Shown here piece after piece: positions 15,922-29,375 of a DNA stretch of 64,000 nucleotides. The stretch lies in NCBI RefSeq assembly GCF_009914755.1, contig NC_060926.1; one strand, given 5' to 3'. Position 1 is the first letter of the stretch; the number at the start of each line of letters is the position of its first letter. Below the pieces are notes generated by a model. The model ran no database searches. It was not told the DNA's origin and worked only from the letters and a program-made list of their open reading frames with translations. Source of the stretch: the human T2T-CHM13v2.0 reference genome, Homo sapiens. Position numbers and translations under genes: made by a program.

Positions 15922-16390
15922 GGTGTTGAACTATATAACAAACAGAGTGGCTCTCCAAAAGAAAATGTTATCAATTTGGGAATAGAACACTGCAGTGGGA
16001 ATACGTACAAATGCCATAGTTAACTATGTGTGTGTTCAGGGAGGTAAAGGAAGACAAAGGTTTTTTAAAAGAAGAAAATGAGAAAGATTACACAGTTGTT
16101 TCAAAAAAATTATCTTTGGCTACAAAGATCAGTAACAAGGATAATGCCATAACGCCAGTCCAGGGTTGGGCAGGCAGTTGCTGGGCAGCTGTCCCCGCAG
16201 AACTATTTTTTGTTTAACGTTGCGATAGCATTTGTGTAAGGTTGTGGTTTTTCCAGAGTCTCTTTTGCTACCAGGTATACAAGTGTGAGAACCCTCTTTT
16301 TAAGGTCTCCCCGGTCTCTCTTTGCTAAGGTTTTTTTGTTTTTTGTTTTTAAGTAGTAGCGACTCCGTTTTGATTGTGACAGCATTCACA
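15922..16390. mobile_element. Probable ERV1-class solo LTR (family uncertain)
   Basis: TG...CA termini and LTR-like composition; family recall uncertain. Confidence 0.45.
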
Positions 16391-16717
16391 TAGGTTATCA
16401 AGAGTATCAAGATTAACAGGTTTCTAGTATGTGCCCTTAATATGATATATTGAAAATTACACCTTATCTGTTTGTCCTCCCAAAAATTTGGCCCCAGTAA
16501 TCATATGGAAACAGTAGCCAAATCCCAGCTGAGGCATGCTGTACAAAATACCTGACCAGTATTCCTAAAAACTATCCATGTCAGCAAAAATAAGGAAAGT
16601 CTGAGAAACTTCCCACTGCAAGAAGAGAAAAAAGATGTCAGAAAAAACAACAACAAAAACACCTTAAGGAATGAAGTATGCACTTTAGTTAATAATTATG
16701 TAAAAAAGGGGGAGGTC

Positions 16718-17004
16718 GGGCTGGGCGCGGTGGCTCACGTCTGTAATCCCAGCACTTTGGGAGGCTGAGGTGGGCTGATCACTTGAGGTCACGAGTTCAA
16801 GAACAACCTGACCAACAGGTGAAACCCCGTCTGTACAAAAAAAAAAAAAAAAAAAAAAAAATTAGCTGGGTGTGATGGTGGGCGCCTGTAATCCCAGCTA
16901 CTCAGGAGACTCGCTTGAACCCAGGAAGTGAAGGCTGCACTGAGCTGAGATGGCGCCACTACACTCCAGCCTGGGCAACAGAGCCAGACTTCCATCAACA
17001 AAAA
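16718..17004 (+). mobile_element. Alu (AluS) with an expanded middle A tract, inside an old L1M fragment
   Basis: Alu consensus. Confidence 0.9.
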
Positions 17005-18529
17005 AGGGGCGGGGGAGCTCTTTTCTCTTAGAGATGTATACTGAAATATTTAAGCATAAAATAATGTCTGAGATTTATTTCAGATTAATCAAGTGGGGTG
17101 AGAGAACATGGATAGAGTTATAGACCTGAAGTTGGGAACTGCTGAGACTGGGTAATGGGTACATGGGGTTCACTACACTCTTATTTTTATTTTTGCACAT
17201 CTTTTAAAACTGTCCATGATAAAAAGGCATAAACTTAAAAAAATCTAGTATGCTAATTTATATAAATCTGAGTGCTGGATGTGGCTATTTCCTGCCATTA
17301 AATAGGGAGGCAGAAAAAAATTAAAAACAGTTTTGGGAGAAGAGAATAAACAAGAATGAAGCAAAGATAGAAGGGGAGAAGCGGAGAGAGATGAGGTTCA
17401 AGCTGTAAAATGTTACTGTGTCTGCTTCCCACCCACTCCCTGAGAACCTGCTCTTGGATTTTGTGAGCAAAAAAAAGTACTGGATACTTATATCAGCCCC
17501 CACCCTGATCCCCTAATCCCCTCCAAATAACTCCAACGGTATGTTTTTGTGAAGGTACAAGTTCAAACAAATACTGAAAAATATAAGGCTTGCTTTGGCA
17601 CGTCACCCCTGGTCTAGAACTCATTCTTCTTTTTTTTAAGCTAAAGAGTAAAGGGTTTCCCACACGGGGGCACTTAGCCTAGCTTAGGGAAAGTACAATC
17701 TGCAGTAGAGGTGGAGGACTTGGGTCCTGGTTTCGGTTCTGCTGTGCCGCCATGTGACTTTGGACAAGATACATCAGGACTCTGTGCTTGCTCAGTTGGT
17801 CTTCTGTGTTGCTGTAACTGAGATAGGAAAAGCACTGGGGCAAAGCCAAGAAAAAAAAGAGTTGCAAAACTTCAAAGTACTGAATTCCTATTTTTAGTAG
17901 GACTCCTCAAAATTGCAAATCATCAGAATTTGTTCAGATTTTTGCCTCAGTGAGCACTTATTAAACCTGAACTTTGGAGCTAGCTGCTCAAGAGAAAATC
18001 ATGTGAAGGAAAATTCTTTTCTTCCTTGCCCACCCCTCTCCTCTTTTCCTTTCCATTTAAGGTAGAGTGACATGCATTTTTGCACTGGATTAAAAACAAA
18101 AATAACAACAAGGACAGTATGTTGTAATAAAAAGCCCTCCAGGTGCCTACGTCCATCCATATATACATCTTAGTTGTTCGTTAGCCCAGTAATCAAGTAT
18201 GGTAACCAGCCATGGGGACTGTAAAACCAGGCCAGAGAAAATCTTTGCTTAGTTATCTTAGTGACTGTTTGGGGAAGTGCTAGTGGGGCTAGCTGGTCTT
18301 CCAATATCACTGTAGTAGCTGCCACATTCAGCAAGTTACTATGAAGTAGAATGCATGATTTAAAGGACGTGGAGAGAGAAACTTGAAAGAAGCTCTTGAT
18401 TTTCAAGCGTGTGCAAACATGGAAAATGTATCCCATAGCCAAGATAGTAAACACATGACTCTACTGATGGCATAATCGATCATTGTTTGTATGACCAAGG
18501 GAAGTTCCACACTGTTCTTGATCTATATA

Positions 18530-19147
18530 CAATTGGTTCTCATTACTTATAGTAGTTGTGCTCTATAAATTGCAGCGAACACTGAATTAGCAAATCACAT
18601 TACTCCTAAGGAAAATACAGGGTTAGGTTCCTGTGAGCCTCTGGTCACAACATTTCCATCAGCCGAGCAATATACAACTTTGTTTTATGTGTGTTTCTGT
18701 TTAAAGATACCTTACTAATACATATTGTTAATTCATTAACATCAAACAGCACTATAACTCATGCCTGAATAAAACTTATCATACATCTGTATTTTCTCCA
18801 TAAGGCACATCACAGCCTTTTTTGTGCTTAGGAATACTGGACAGCACTTCAGCACTTTGCTTGCAGGCCATTTTAAACAGCAAAATCACCAACAGAAATG
18901 CAAAAAACATGATCAGCAAAAGGATCACACGTTTACAATATGAGAGCTGAAACAAGAAAGTGAGCATCGTCTTGTTTGACTGCAACTGGGAATGTGGGCT
19001 TCCAGTGACTCAAATCTTTTCACTGCTCTGTGCATGTCTGCAAATGACCATGAAAGTGCTGTAAGTATTGATTTTGGGGTTACAAATAAATTTTAGCTAG
19101 TAGGCAAATTCGCAGATACAGAGTCCATAAATAATGAGGATTGACTG
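18530..19147 (-). mobile_element. MER82-like TcMar-Tigger DNA transposon with TA TSD
   Basis: Imperfect TIRs caattggttctcatta / taatgaggattgactg flanked by TA. Confidence 0.75.
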
Positions 19148-19322
19148 TAAACACTACATGCCAGAGCCTGCTGTAAGTCGGCAAAATCCCATTTTTTGCC
19201 CCCATTATGTGAATTTTTAGGGATGTGAGAGATTAAGTGTGCAATGTATTCAAATATGAGTCACTCACTGTTAGATTGGGTAGATTATGTAGAAAACGGC
19301 ATTGCATTTAAAATAGTCCTCA

Positions 19323-19587
19323 GTCAAGAGTTCGAGGCCAGCCTGGCCAACATGGCAAAACCCCGTCTGTACTAAAAAAATAAAAAATAAAAAATAAATC
19401 AAAAAAATTTGCTGGGCCTGGTGGTGTGCGCCCATAATCCCAGCCACTCCAGAGGCTGAGGCACGATAATTGCTTGAACCCAGGAAGTGAAGGCTGCAGT
19501 GAGCCGAGACTGTATCACTGCACTCCAGCCTGGGTGATGGAGTGAAACTGTGTCTAAAATAAAATAAAATAAAATAAAATAATAAAA
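19323..19587 (+). mobile_element. 5'-truncated Alu with TSD aaaatagtcctca
   Basis: TSD on both sides; lacks Alu 5' end. Confidence 0.9.
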
Positions 19588-21068
19588 TAGTCCTCAAATC
19601 AGGAGCTATTCTTTAATCTTAAAGATTTGATACCCATCCTCCAAATCATGGGTTCCCAAGCTTCACTCAGTATCTCACTTTTCTTTTTTGTATCAGCCGT
19701 TATCTAAAATAATAAAATAGGTACGTACCCTTCCACTACTATGCAGTTTTCTGTCTACCCAACCACCTGCCACATGGCTCAAAAGTATCCAATCTTTGTG
19801 GTATGGAACATCCTCCACAGAAAAGTGAGGTAGCCTTTCAGACAGGACCCGGATGGTTCTCGTCTTAGTCCCCTTTTCTGCCCCAGGGCCCAACTTAATC
19901 TTGCACAGCCTCCTATATGAGAGCTGGCAAGCTCTATTCTCCATCACTATCCCTCCATGGTGCATAAGGAAGCCACCAAGTCCTGTTTTATGCCAGATCT
20001 ATTGTTCAGGGTGATATACGAACAACACAAGCAAAACTTTATTCTTGCTCATGCTGTGTGACCACAATTGATTCATATTATGCTTAGGTATGCAGAGAAA
20101 ATGGAGCCTCCCCTTTATGACAGATCTAGTCTTCCTCAAAAGTCTGTACTCCATTGGAAGGGCAACAGCTAACTCAGTTAATACTATCCTAGTCTCTTCA
20201 GTGAAAACAGTTTTCTTTTGGTTTACAACAGTTCCTTCTTTCGGAAATGCTTGTTTGTTCTGAGTTGTCTTCTCCCTCTCGCCTCCCAAGATGGCTTCTA
20301 GGTGTGTGCCTTTAAGGGAAGGGCAGGGAACCTTGATCTGCATCATGCGGGGCCTGATGCTGTCTTCTGACCCTTGCTGGCCTCTGTGGTGGTGTGTTCC
20401 TTGCTTACCCTGGTGGCATCTGCCACAGTAGTCTTCATTTGGGGAAAGAGTGATCTAGTCTCTCTTGGCTTGGTCAGGACCTAGGGGTCCTCCAGGCTGA
20501 CCTGCCTGTCCTGTGTAACTAAAACCTCAAGCTAGATCTGACTGTCCCAGGGATAGGAACCTGACTGAAGCAGGGCCAATCAGAGACGCTCCCTGAATTT
20601 TTTTCAAACTGGAGCTAAGCAATCTGGTTCTTCTCTGGAGGCAAAACTGTGAGATGGAAGGCTCAGTGCAGTGGGCAACTATGCTTGCTGCCCTGTAGAA
20701 GTTGATGTAGACCTGCAAGAAGAGACAGACAATGTGAGAGCTGAAGCAGCATTCAGATTTCTGGTCTAGGTTGTGCCTGAGGTCCTGTATCTCCTAATTT
20801 CTTCCTGTTTTTCTGTGAAATAGCCACACATCCTTCCAGTAAATTCCCTGAGTCCAAGCTAATTTGAGTTCAGTTGCTGACACTTGCAACTGAAATTTTA
20901 AAAACCCAAGCAGTAGGTTTTTAAATGACTTAATGACCATTCTAACACCTGTGTATTTATAATTCCCATCAACCTTCCTTTACATCATTCCCCTAAGTAT
21001 ACTATGTTTATAGGTTGAAAATTATTGCTGGCAAACATGAGACAATTGAGATTTTTAAAAATTTTATT

Positions 21069-21358
21069 GGCCAGGCACGGTGGCTCATGCCTGTAATCCC
21101 AGCACTTTGGGAGGCCAAGGTAGGCAGATCACAAGGTCAGGAGTTCAAGACCAGCCTGGCCAATATGGTGAAACCCGTCTCTACTAAAAATACAAAAATT
21201 AGCTGGGTGTGGTGGCAGGTGCCTGTAGTCCCAGCTACTCAGGAGGCTGAGGCAAGAGAATCACTTGAACCCAGAGGTGGAGGTTGCAGTGAGCAGAGAC
21301 TGCGTCACTGCACTCTAACCTGGGCGACAGAGTGAGACACTGTCTCAAAAAAAAAAAA
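21069..21358 (+). mobile_element. Alu (AluS)
   Basis: Alu consensus. Confidence 0.93.
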
Positions 21359-21359
21359 T

Positions 21360-22700
<1,341 letters not shown>

Positions 22701-22847
22701 AATTGGGAGTTTAAAACAATGCATCTGATACAGCAACTGGATTCACTAGTGCAAAATAAAATTCTAAATTCAGTAAAATGAACTTATACAGGCTCTCTGG
22801 CTAACACTGCACATTCTTTCCTCGGAATGTCATTTCTGGGATGGCAA

Positions 22848-23151
22848 TTTTTTTTTTTTTTGAGACAGAGTCTTGCTGTGTCATCCAGGCTGGAGTGCAG
22901 TGGCACCATCCACCTCCTGGGTTCAAGCAACCTCCACCTCCTGGGTTCAAACAATTCTCCTGCCACAGCCTCCCAAGTAGCTGGGATTACAGGCACCCGC
23001 CACCACGCCAGGCTCATTTTTTGTATTTTTAGTAGAGATGGGATTTCACCATGTTGGCCAGGCTGGTCTTTAACTCTCGACCTCAGGTGATCCGCCTGCC
23101 TCAGCCTCCCAAAGTTCTGGGATTACAGGCGTGAGCCACAGCGCCCGGCCG
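22848..23151 (-). mobile_element. AluS with an internal ~24-bp duplication
   Basis: ccacctcctgggttcaa occurs twice in tandem; TSD ggcaatttttt. Confidence 0.92.
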
Positions 23152-24555
23152 GCAATTTTTTAAATAATAAAAAATTCCATTATTTTACATAGCATTGAGA
23201 TACACTTACAATATTTAATTCTGCCTCTCGGTGGTGCCATAGAAAACTAAGAGTAATAATTTTAAAAATTATTGTTCTGAAAGTTTGCTGGACAGTGGGA
23301 TCTATGAGCAAACTGAAAACTATGAATATTCAAAAAAAGTTTGTAATTCTCTTACACACTACAGTGGCTGAAAATGCACATAGACTCAGCCCTTCACTAT
23401 AAAATTCCTGGCTAATAGTCAAATAAAAATAGCACTAATACTTTTTTAATCATGGAAATTTGCAAGCATTCTAAAGTGCCAATATAACATTCCTGTACCT
23501 ATTACCTAATAAATGTTAAAATCTTGTTATACTTACTGTAAAAAGTTAAAGAAATAAGGAGAAAGTTTATGCCCCTTTGTCCTCTCCAGTTTCATCTCCT
23601 TTCCCTTTTTCTCACTAAAGGCAACTACTATCCAGAATTTGATGTATTCCCTTCTAGTTCTTGTTTCTGTATTTTTAGTACATGTGTCCATGAACAATAA
23701 AAATGTTACTTTATATTTTAAAAATGTATCATTTCATACTGTAGCATACTGCAATTTGCTTTTTACATTCAACATGTTTTTGCCATGTTTATATATACAT
23801 ATATAGATCTAGGTTATTAATTTTAACTGCCATATTGTAATTTATGGCAAACATATGCCCTGTATTTATTCATTTCTCTATTAATGAACATTTTAATGTT
23901 GCAATGCATACAATACCTAGAAGAATATCTTTAGAAAATTTAAATGAATGAGGCAGGCTTTTAATTCAAGCAGTATCCACATAAAATCTCTCAGGCAGAC
24001 TATTTCTGCTTCAATTTTTTTATTTTTTATTTTTGCTGTTCATATCTACTCTGCATGCATAGAAGGAATCGATACCTGAAATTTCCTAAAGGTCTTTTAC
24101 TCAGTCCCCACAAAAAAGCTCTGATGTGGTGTGTGTAAAGGGGTAGGAGTGGGAGAATGAAGTGGGTAGAGACGGACACAAAGAAATGTCAAAATACAGG
24201 ACACTGAAGGTTTGGAGCCGGGGCCAGTGGCAGCAGCCAAAGTTACAAATATCGGGAAGGTCTGAGAGTTTACAGTGCAGAGCATGTCCTGTGCTATCAT
24301 ATGCGGATGACAAAATAGCCGAATACACAAATCTTTCCACGCTTGTGCTGAAAGATGTAACCATCAAGCGCCAGGCGGTTGCCATGGGAACCCGGGGCTG
24401 TGGGGAGTCGGCCAGAATTCTTGATGCGCTTAGAATGTTTCTTCTTCCGGCCCTCTGCTCTTCGCAATTATCGTCCCTCTCCTAGGTCCCCCGCCCATTC
24501 TATAGGCTCTCATGAGTCTCTTCCCGTCTTGATTCTCTCGCTCAGCGTTCCAGGT

Positions 24556-24585
24556 CGCCATCTTGGACCATGGGTCAAGATGGCG
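24556..24585. promoter_or_regulatory. Inverted pair of YY1 motifs (CGCCATCTTG ... CAAGATGGCG)
   Basis: Both arms match the YY1 core AAGATGGCG; binding inferred. Confidence 0.65.
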
Positions 24586-24596
24586 CCCCCTGGTCC
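24581..24596 (-). promoter_or_regulatory. CTCF-like motif (GGACCAGGGGGCGCCA)
   Basis: Close to consensus CCACCAGGGGGCGC. Confidence 0.55.
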
Positions 24597-24740
24597 CAGG
24601 GGCACAGCCCAGGCACGCTAGCGAGGCTACGCACGCACGTATTCGGGCGCGAAGGGTGGGGCACTGACGCCAGACGTCGCCCCGCCCTCTGCGGTCGCTC
24701 CGCCCCCGGCCCCACTCCACCTTCCTCCCACCCCGCGAAC

Positions 24741-24749
24741 CCGGAAGTG
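24741..24749 (+). promoter_or_regulatory. ETS/GABPA motif CCGGAAGTG near the presumed TSS
   Basis: Exact consensus; binding inferred. Confidence 0.7.
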
Positions 24750-24760
24750 GAGGAGGAGGC

Positions 24761-24790
24761 GCGGCGGCGGCGGCGGCGGCGGCGGCTGCG
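24761..24790 (+). repeat. (GCG)8-GCT-GCG trinucleotide repeat in the presumed 5'UTR
   Basis: Read directly; preceded by (GGA)3. Confidence 0.95.
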
Positions 24791-24904
24791 GTGGCCAAGC
24801 AGGCAGATACTGCCTGACCCGTTCCCGGGAGCGTGTCTGGGTTTGGGGGCGGGAGACAGGCTGAGCCGCCTGGGCGGCCTGGCCTGTACGGGGCGGGGGA
24901 GGCC

Positions 24905-24961
24905 ATGGCCTCGGCTGAGTTGCAGGGGAAGTACCAGAAGCTGGCTCAGGAGTACTCGAAG
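24905..24961 (+). CDS. PPP1R21: PPP1R21 coding exon 1 (MASAELQGKYQKLAQEYSK)
   Basis: Strong Kozak GCCATGG in the CpG island; 57 nt; donor AAG|gtaccc. Confidence 0.96.
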
Positions 24962-27900
24962 GTACCCATCGTGGTCTGGGAGTAGGGGGTCCCCCGCCCT
25001 GCGGCCTCAGGTTGCCGTGGCAGCGACTTGTCGGGACCTAGGGGTACTGCGGGAGGGGCACGCGAGCGCGCCCCACCTTTCCCCTCAGCCGTCTCCGTCC
25101 ACCATTACGGTGCCTCCACCTGCAGCTCCCAGGAGATGGGGCCGGGCGGTGTCTGCGTCCGTGAGCGTTTTTGCAGGGAGAAGCTGGAGTTTGATTCTTC
25201 CTTTTCACTGAAGTAGCGGGCTTGGGACTGGGATGTCAGAAATTCTGGCTTCTTGCCTCTAATGCTGGCTGAGAAGGGAAGGGAAAGGTGTGGACCACTC
25301 CTCACCTCGCTGCTTCCTCAATTTTCTCAGCCTAGGGATGGGGAAGATCAACCCTTCTCCCCTCCCACAGGGATGATATGAGGTTAAAGAGATTTATCTT
25401 CCCCCGAATCAATTCGAGAGGGTAAATAGAGACATTCGGGTAAACTGCTTCACTAGGGATGGGTGGTTATGAATGTATTCACTGCTTTGGCAAGAGGTTG
25501 TCAGGAATGATTTTGAAAGCTTGAGTGCTACGGCTCTATCCTTTTCTTTCTCTTGTCCCTCGGTCACCTAGAATGGGGCAGACACCCAGCGGGTGCTCAA
25601 TACACATTAAGCAACATGGGGACCTGCCCCTTTCTCGTGTTTATGGCATCAGTCTTTTAAATGATATAACCCTTTCCTTGGAAAAGGATGCTGCAGTTTC
25701 TGGGTAGGGTGTTTCTAGTTTAAGAATATTTTAATGAAGTTATTAAAGCAGAATTTTACATCTTTGGAAATTGATTCAACAGTCATTAAGCTTAGTTTTC
25801 AGTGACTTTGGCATTCATGGAGTCAGTGGGAAGATGGTAATTCCTTTTTGCAATTTGGAGAAACTGAGACACATTTTATTCCTTAAGATTTCATTCGACA
25901 AATAGCAAGATGAAATATTCTTTGAAAAATAAAACTTGTGCCTAAACATACACACTTAATTCTTCACCATCACATAGGAGTCTTTTGAGACACTACACTT
26001 ATTTCAGTGATGCTACCATTAGCAAAACTTCGTTGCATTTCCATTTGAAATTGTCTTAAGAGCCTGTGGCACAATGTTAGTGATGGCAAGTGTTCATCTT
26101 TTGAAGGAGTGTTTCCTTGCTTGAAGGGCCAGAAGTTGTTTGGAACAAATCCATGTGATGAAGGGAGGTGGGTGGAGGTTGGCAATGCTCAAATTTGGCT
26201 CTACTATTTTTGGTTGAAAATGTTTCATGATCAACACCTGTGAAAAGAAGAAAAAAATAAGAAAATGTTTCGTGAGTATAAAGCAAGGGGACTGATTTTC
26301 TTCTCCAGAAAGCCAGCAAGCTCAGAAGGCCATTACAAATGGCAAGAGGGGAGTTCCAAAATGTTTTGAGTAGGGACTACATTGCTGAAATAACTGTATA
26401 GCCTCCCAAAGTAATAAAAACTGAAAAGTTTTTGGATATGTAAGCTTGTTTAGCAGACAATATGTGCCCCCTTTGAGCAGTCTGCCAGGGTCTGTTGAGT
26501 GAGGCAGGGTTCAGCTTAACAAGTCACCTTTAATGGAATATTCTAACGTAGTACATAGTTATGATATAGTACGACAAGTGTTAGTTCAGTGGGACTACCG
26601 AAGACATTGGATAAGCGTTGAGGTTATACTGGGGATTAGAGAAGAGGAAATGAAGGAGTAGTAGCTTTCCAGGCAAAGGGAACAGTCCATGTTTGCTGGT
26701 ATGAAAGCTCATTAAGATTAATGAGCTTTCACATGGCAGAGAGTGGTGAAATGAGGTAGGAGAGATAATTTGGACCCTATTATGAAAGGTTGTGGATGTC
26801 AAGTAAGAAGAGTGAACTTTACCTTTTGAGTAATGGAGAGATGCCAAAGGTTAAGCAGGGGAGTGACATTACTTTTAGGAAGGACACTGATAACTGTGAA
26901 GGATGGATTGAAATAGGGAAAGATTGGTGGGAAAAAAGCAGGGAGTAGACTGTTGAAATAGTTTTGGGGAGAGTAATGTAGGGTTATATAAAGTTAGTGA
27001 CCTCTGGGGCTATAGAGTAGGGGCTAGATTCAGGAATTATGGTTAAAAAATGCTTTTCAGCTTTCCTTTTTTTGAGTGCCTGCTGTGTGCATGGCACTAA
27101 CCAAACATACAAGGCACTCATCCTTGTGTCTCATTCATTTTGGGACTTGGTGAATGTGGGAAGACTCAGAGTTGTCCCTGCAGTTCTGAGGTGAGGGAAC
27201 ATGACTGCCACTGACACAATGAGGGCCAGCGGGAAGAAGAGCCCGTTCAGAGTGAAGGGCTATAGGAGAGGTTAGATACAGTTGAGGAAGTTTAGGGTTG
27301 GAAGGCACACTAAATTTGTTATTCACATATTATTAGTATGAGGTAATGTTGGAAGTAATGGCTGAAACTTTCTAATGGACATGGACTGGCTAAAAGTCAG
27401 GACAAAGGCTAGCACTTTTGGAGTAAGTCCCATCAGGATGCACTTTGAGAGTTAATCAGGGTAGAAATTGGGAAACACCTGTCGGGAGGATGTGCCTGGA
27501 GGAGGAAGAGATGCTAAGGAGACTGTAGGAGGCCTGCCAGACTTGGGGTCATCTCCCCTATTGGACCAGGCCATTTTTCATTCTTTTAATTGCAATGTGA
27601 TGGGAATTTCAGAACACAGGAGAACAGATCCTGATCAAAAGATTTCTTGTGCTTTTTATTCCTTGTCAATTCTAGTAGCAGGCAATTTCTAGATAAGATC
27701 TATGCTCTCTCCAGTCCTATGCCTAAGAGTATTCCACCTTTTTATTACCTTCCCTGGTACAAGTTTCGTGGGCTGATACTGAAATCCAGTTGCATAATTT
27801 TTCTGCCTTATTTAGGATACAAAGGAAAAAGGTGTCCTCTTAATCTGTAGAAGGAAGCCCATCAAGAAAGCAGCAAGCATGATCCCTAAGCCAAGGACAT

Positions 27901-28572
27901 TGGCAGAGTCTTCTCATTCTTCTTTAATGCAGATTTCAGCCTTTGTTCCAGGAAAGGTCCCATCTCATAATCTTTCCTCTTGAAAAGGAAGAAAAAAAAA
28001 AACAAACAAACAGTGGTCTGAGGAGCTCCCATTAAAGACACTGAGAGTCCAGTTAGATAAAAGATGAACTGTGGAGGTCAAAGCAGATGAGAATTGCTGA
28101 GGCAAACAGATTGCTAAAAGAAAGTGTTATGGAAAGGTTAGTAAAAATGGAGATTAAGACCCAGTGGTTTGGGCAATTAGAGGGTCATTTGAGGTTCTTA
28201 ATATTTCAGGTTCAATAGAGTTTGGGGAGGGAGAATGAATGTGTGTAGAGGCTGGTTTTCAGAGGTTTGTGAAGTTAATAACAGATGCAAGCTACCTCCT
28301 TGAGATGTGAGGGAAAGTTAATCAAGACCTCAGTTGCTACATTATAGATTAAGGATGAAAGACCATTTCTGACTTGCTGTTTCTTCCATGACCTGCTCTG
28401 CTTCTGATGCTCTGTTGTATCTCATTATGGAGAAGAGAGGCAAAAAGTGCTGAGTTCTGGCTCATTTGATTTTAGCCTGCTTTCTTTGCGGGAGCACTCT
28501 TGCCTGGCACCGTGGTGTTTGTGTAAGCAAGTTTCAAGTTCTAATTGTCTTTTCAATGTTTGTGTTACCCTG

Positions 28573-28750
28573 GGTCAATGATTCTCAAAGTGTGGAACCT
28601 GAAACAACATCATCTGGGAATGGGTTAGAAATGTAAATTCTTGGGTCCACCCTGCACCTATTGAATCTGAAACTAGCAGTGAGACCCAGCAATCTGTGTT
28701 GTAACAAAACTTTCCAGTGATTGGATTCATGCTAACATTTGAAAATCATT
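28573..28750. mobile_element. MER5-like hAT element
   Basis: caatgattctcaaagtgtgg...gaatctgaaact...ccagcaatctgtgtt. Confidence 0.7.
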
Positions 28751-29166
28751 GATCAAGGAATGGTATTGGGATAGTAGCCTTGGCAGAAATAAAGATAATC
28801 TTTTTAAAGTTCTTTTTTTTTTTTTTTGGGACAGTGGATGCCAGCAGGAAAGCCAAACTTCCATTATTTCTCTACAGTTTACTTTGCAATTGATGCTTCC
28901 TTTGCATATAAAGGGAGCTTTTTAGACTTATACTCTTAGTACACAGCTACTTGTATGGAGAAAGGGTCAGTTTTGATCCAGCATGTTTGCTCTCCAGATA
29001 ACAGGACTTGGCAGTACCTGATTTATCACCTACTTTTATAGAGAAATAGACTCAGGAGCTGGATAGGATTAAAATTGAATATGAGCTTTTTTTTTTTTTT
29101 TTTTTTTGACCCTGATGTGTAGGTAGGATTCACTAGTAAAGTTGGGTTGGAAAACAGGTTTGTGTT

Positions 29167-29375
29167 CAGTGCTATCCAATGGAAGTTTCCATGAGAATGA
29201 AAATGTTCTGTATCTGTGCTGTCCAGCAGGGTAACCGCTAGCCATGCATGGCTGTTGAGTGCTTGAAACGTAGCTAGTGTGTGACTGAGGAACTGAATTT
29301 TAGGTTTTATTTAATTTAAATAATTTAATTAAAATAGCCACTTGTAGCTATTGAGTACTCTGTTGGACAGTGCTA
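29167..29375. mobile_element. MER3-like hAT element
   Basis: TIR-like ends cagtgctatccaat ... ttggacagtgct. Confidence 0.7.

Larger units (their letters stand above)
24370..25170. promoter_or_regulatory. CpG-island promoter of PPP1R21 (TATA-less; GC boxes, ETS, YY1 and CTCF motifs)
   Basis: Sharp rise in GC and CpG density around exon 1; Sp1-type GGGGCGGG/CCCGCCC boxes; boundaries judged by eye. Confidence 0.9.

Noticed and set aside
19693-20346. Two minus-strand ORFs (90 and 115 aa) as a processed pseudogene or divergent-transcript exon
   Set aside because: No recognisable homology, poly-A tail or TSD; BLAST and RNA-seq would be needed
24570-25211. 213-aa unspliced + strand ORF over the CpG island
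   Set aside because: Its ATG is probably upstream of the main TSS and it reads through the exon 1 donor; GC-rich stop depletion explains the length. Only the spliced Arg-frame part is kept as a lead
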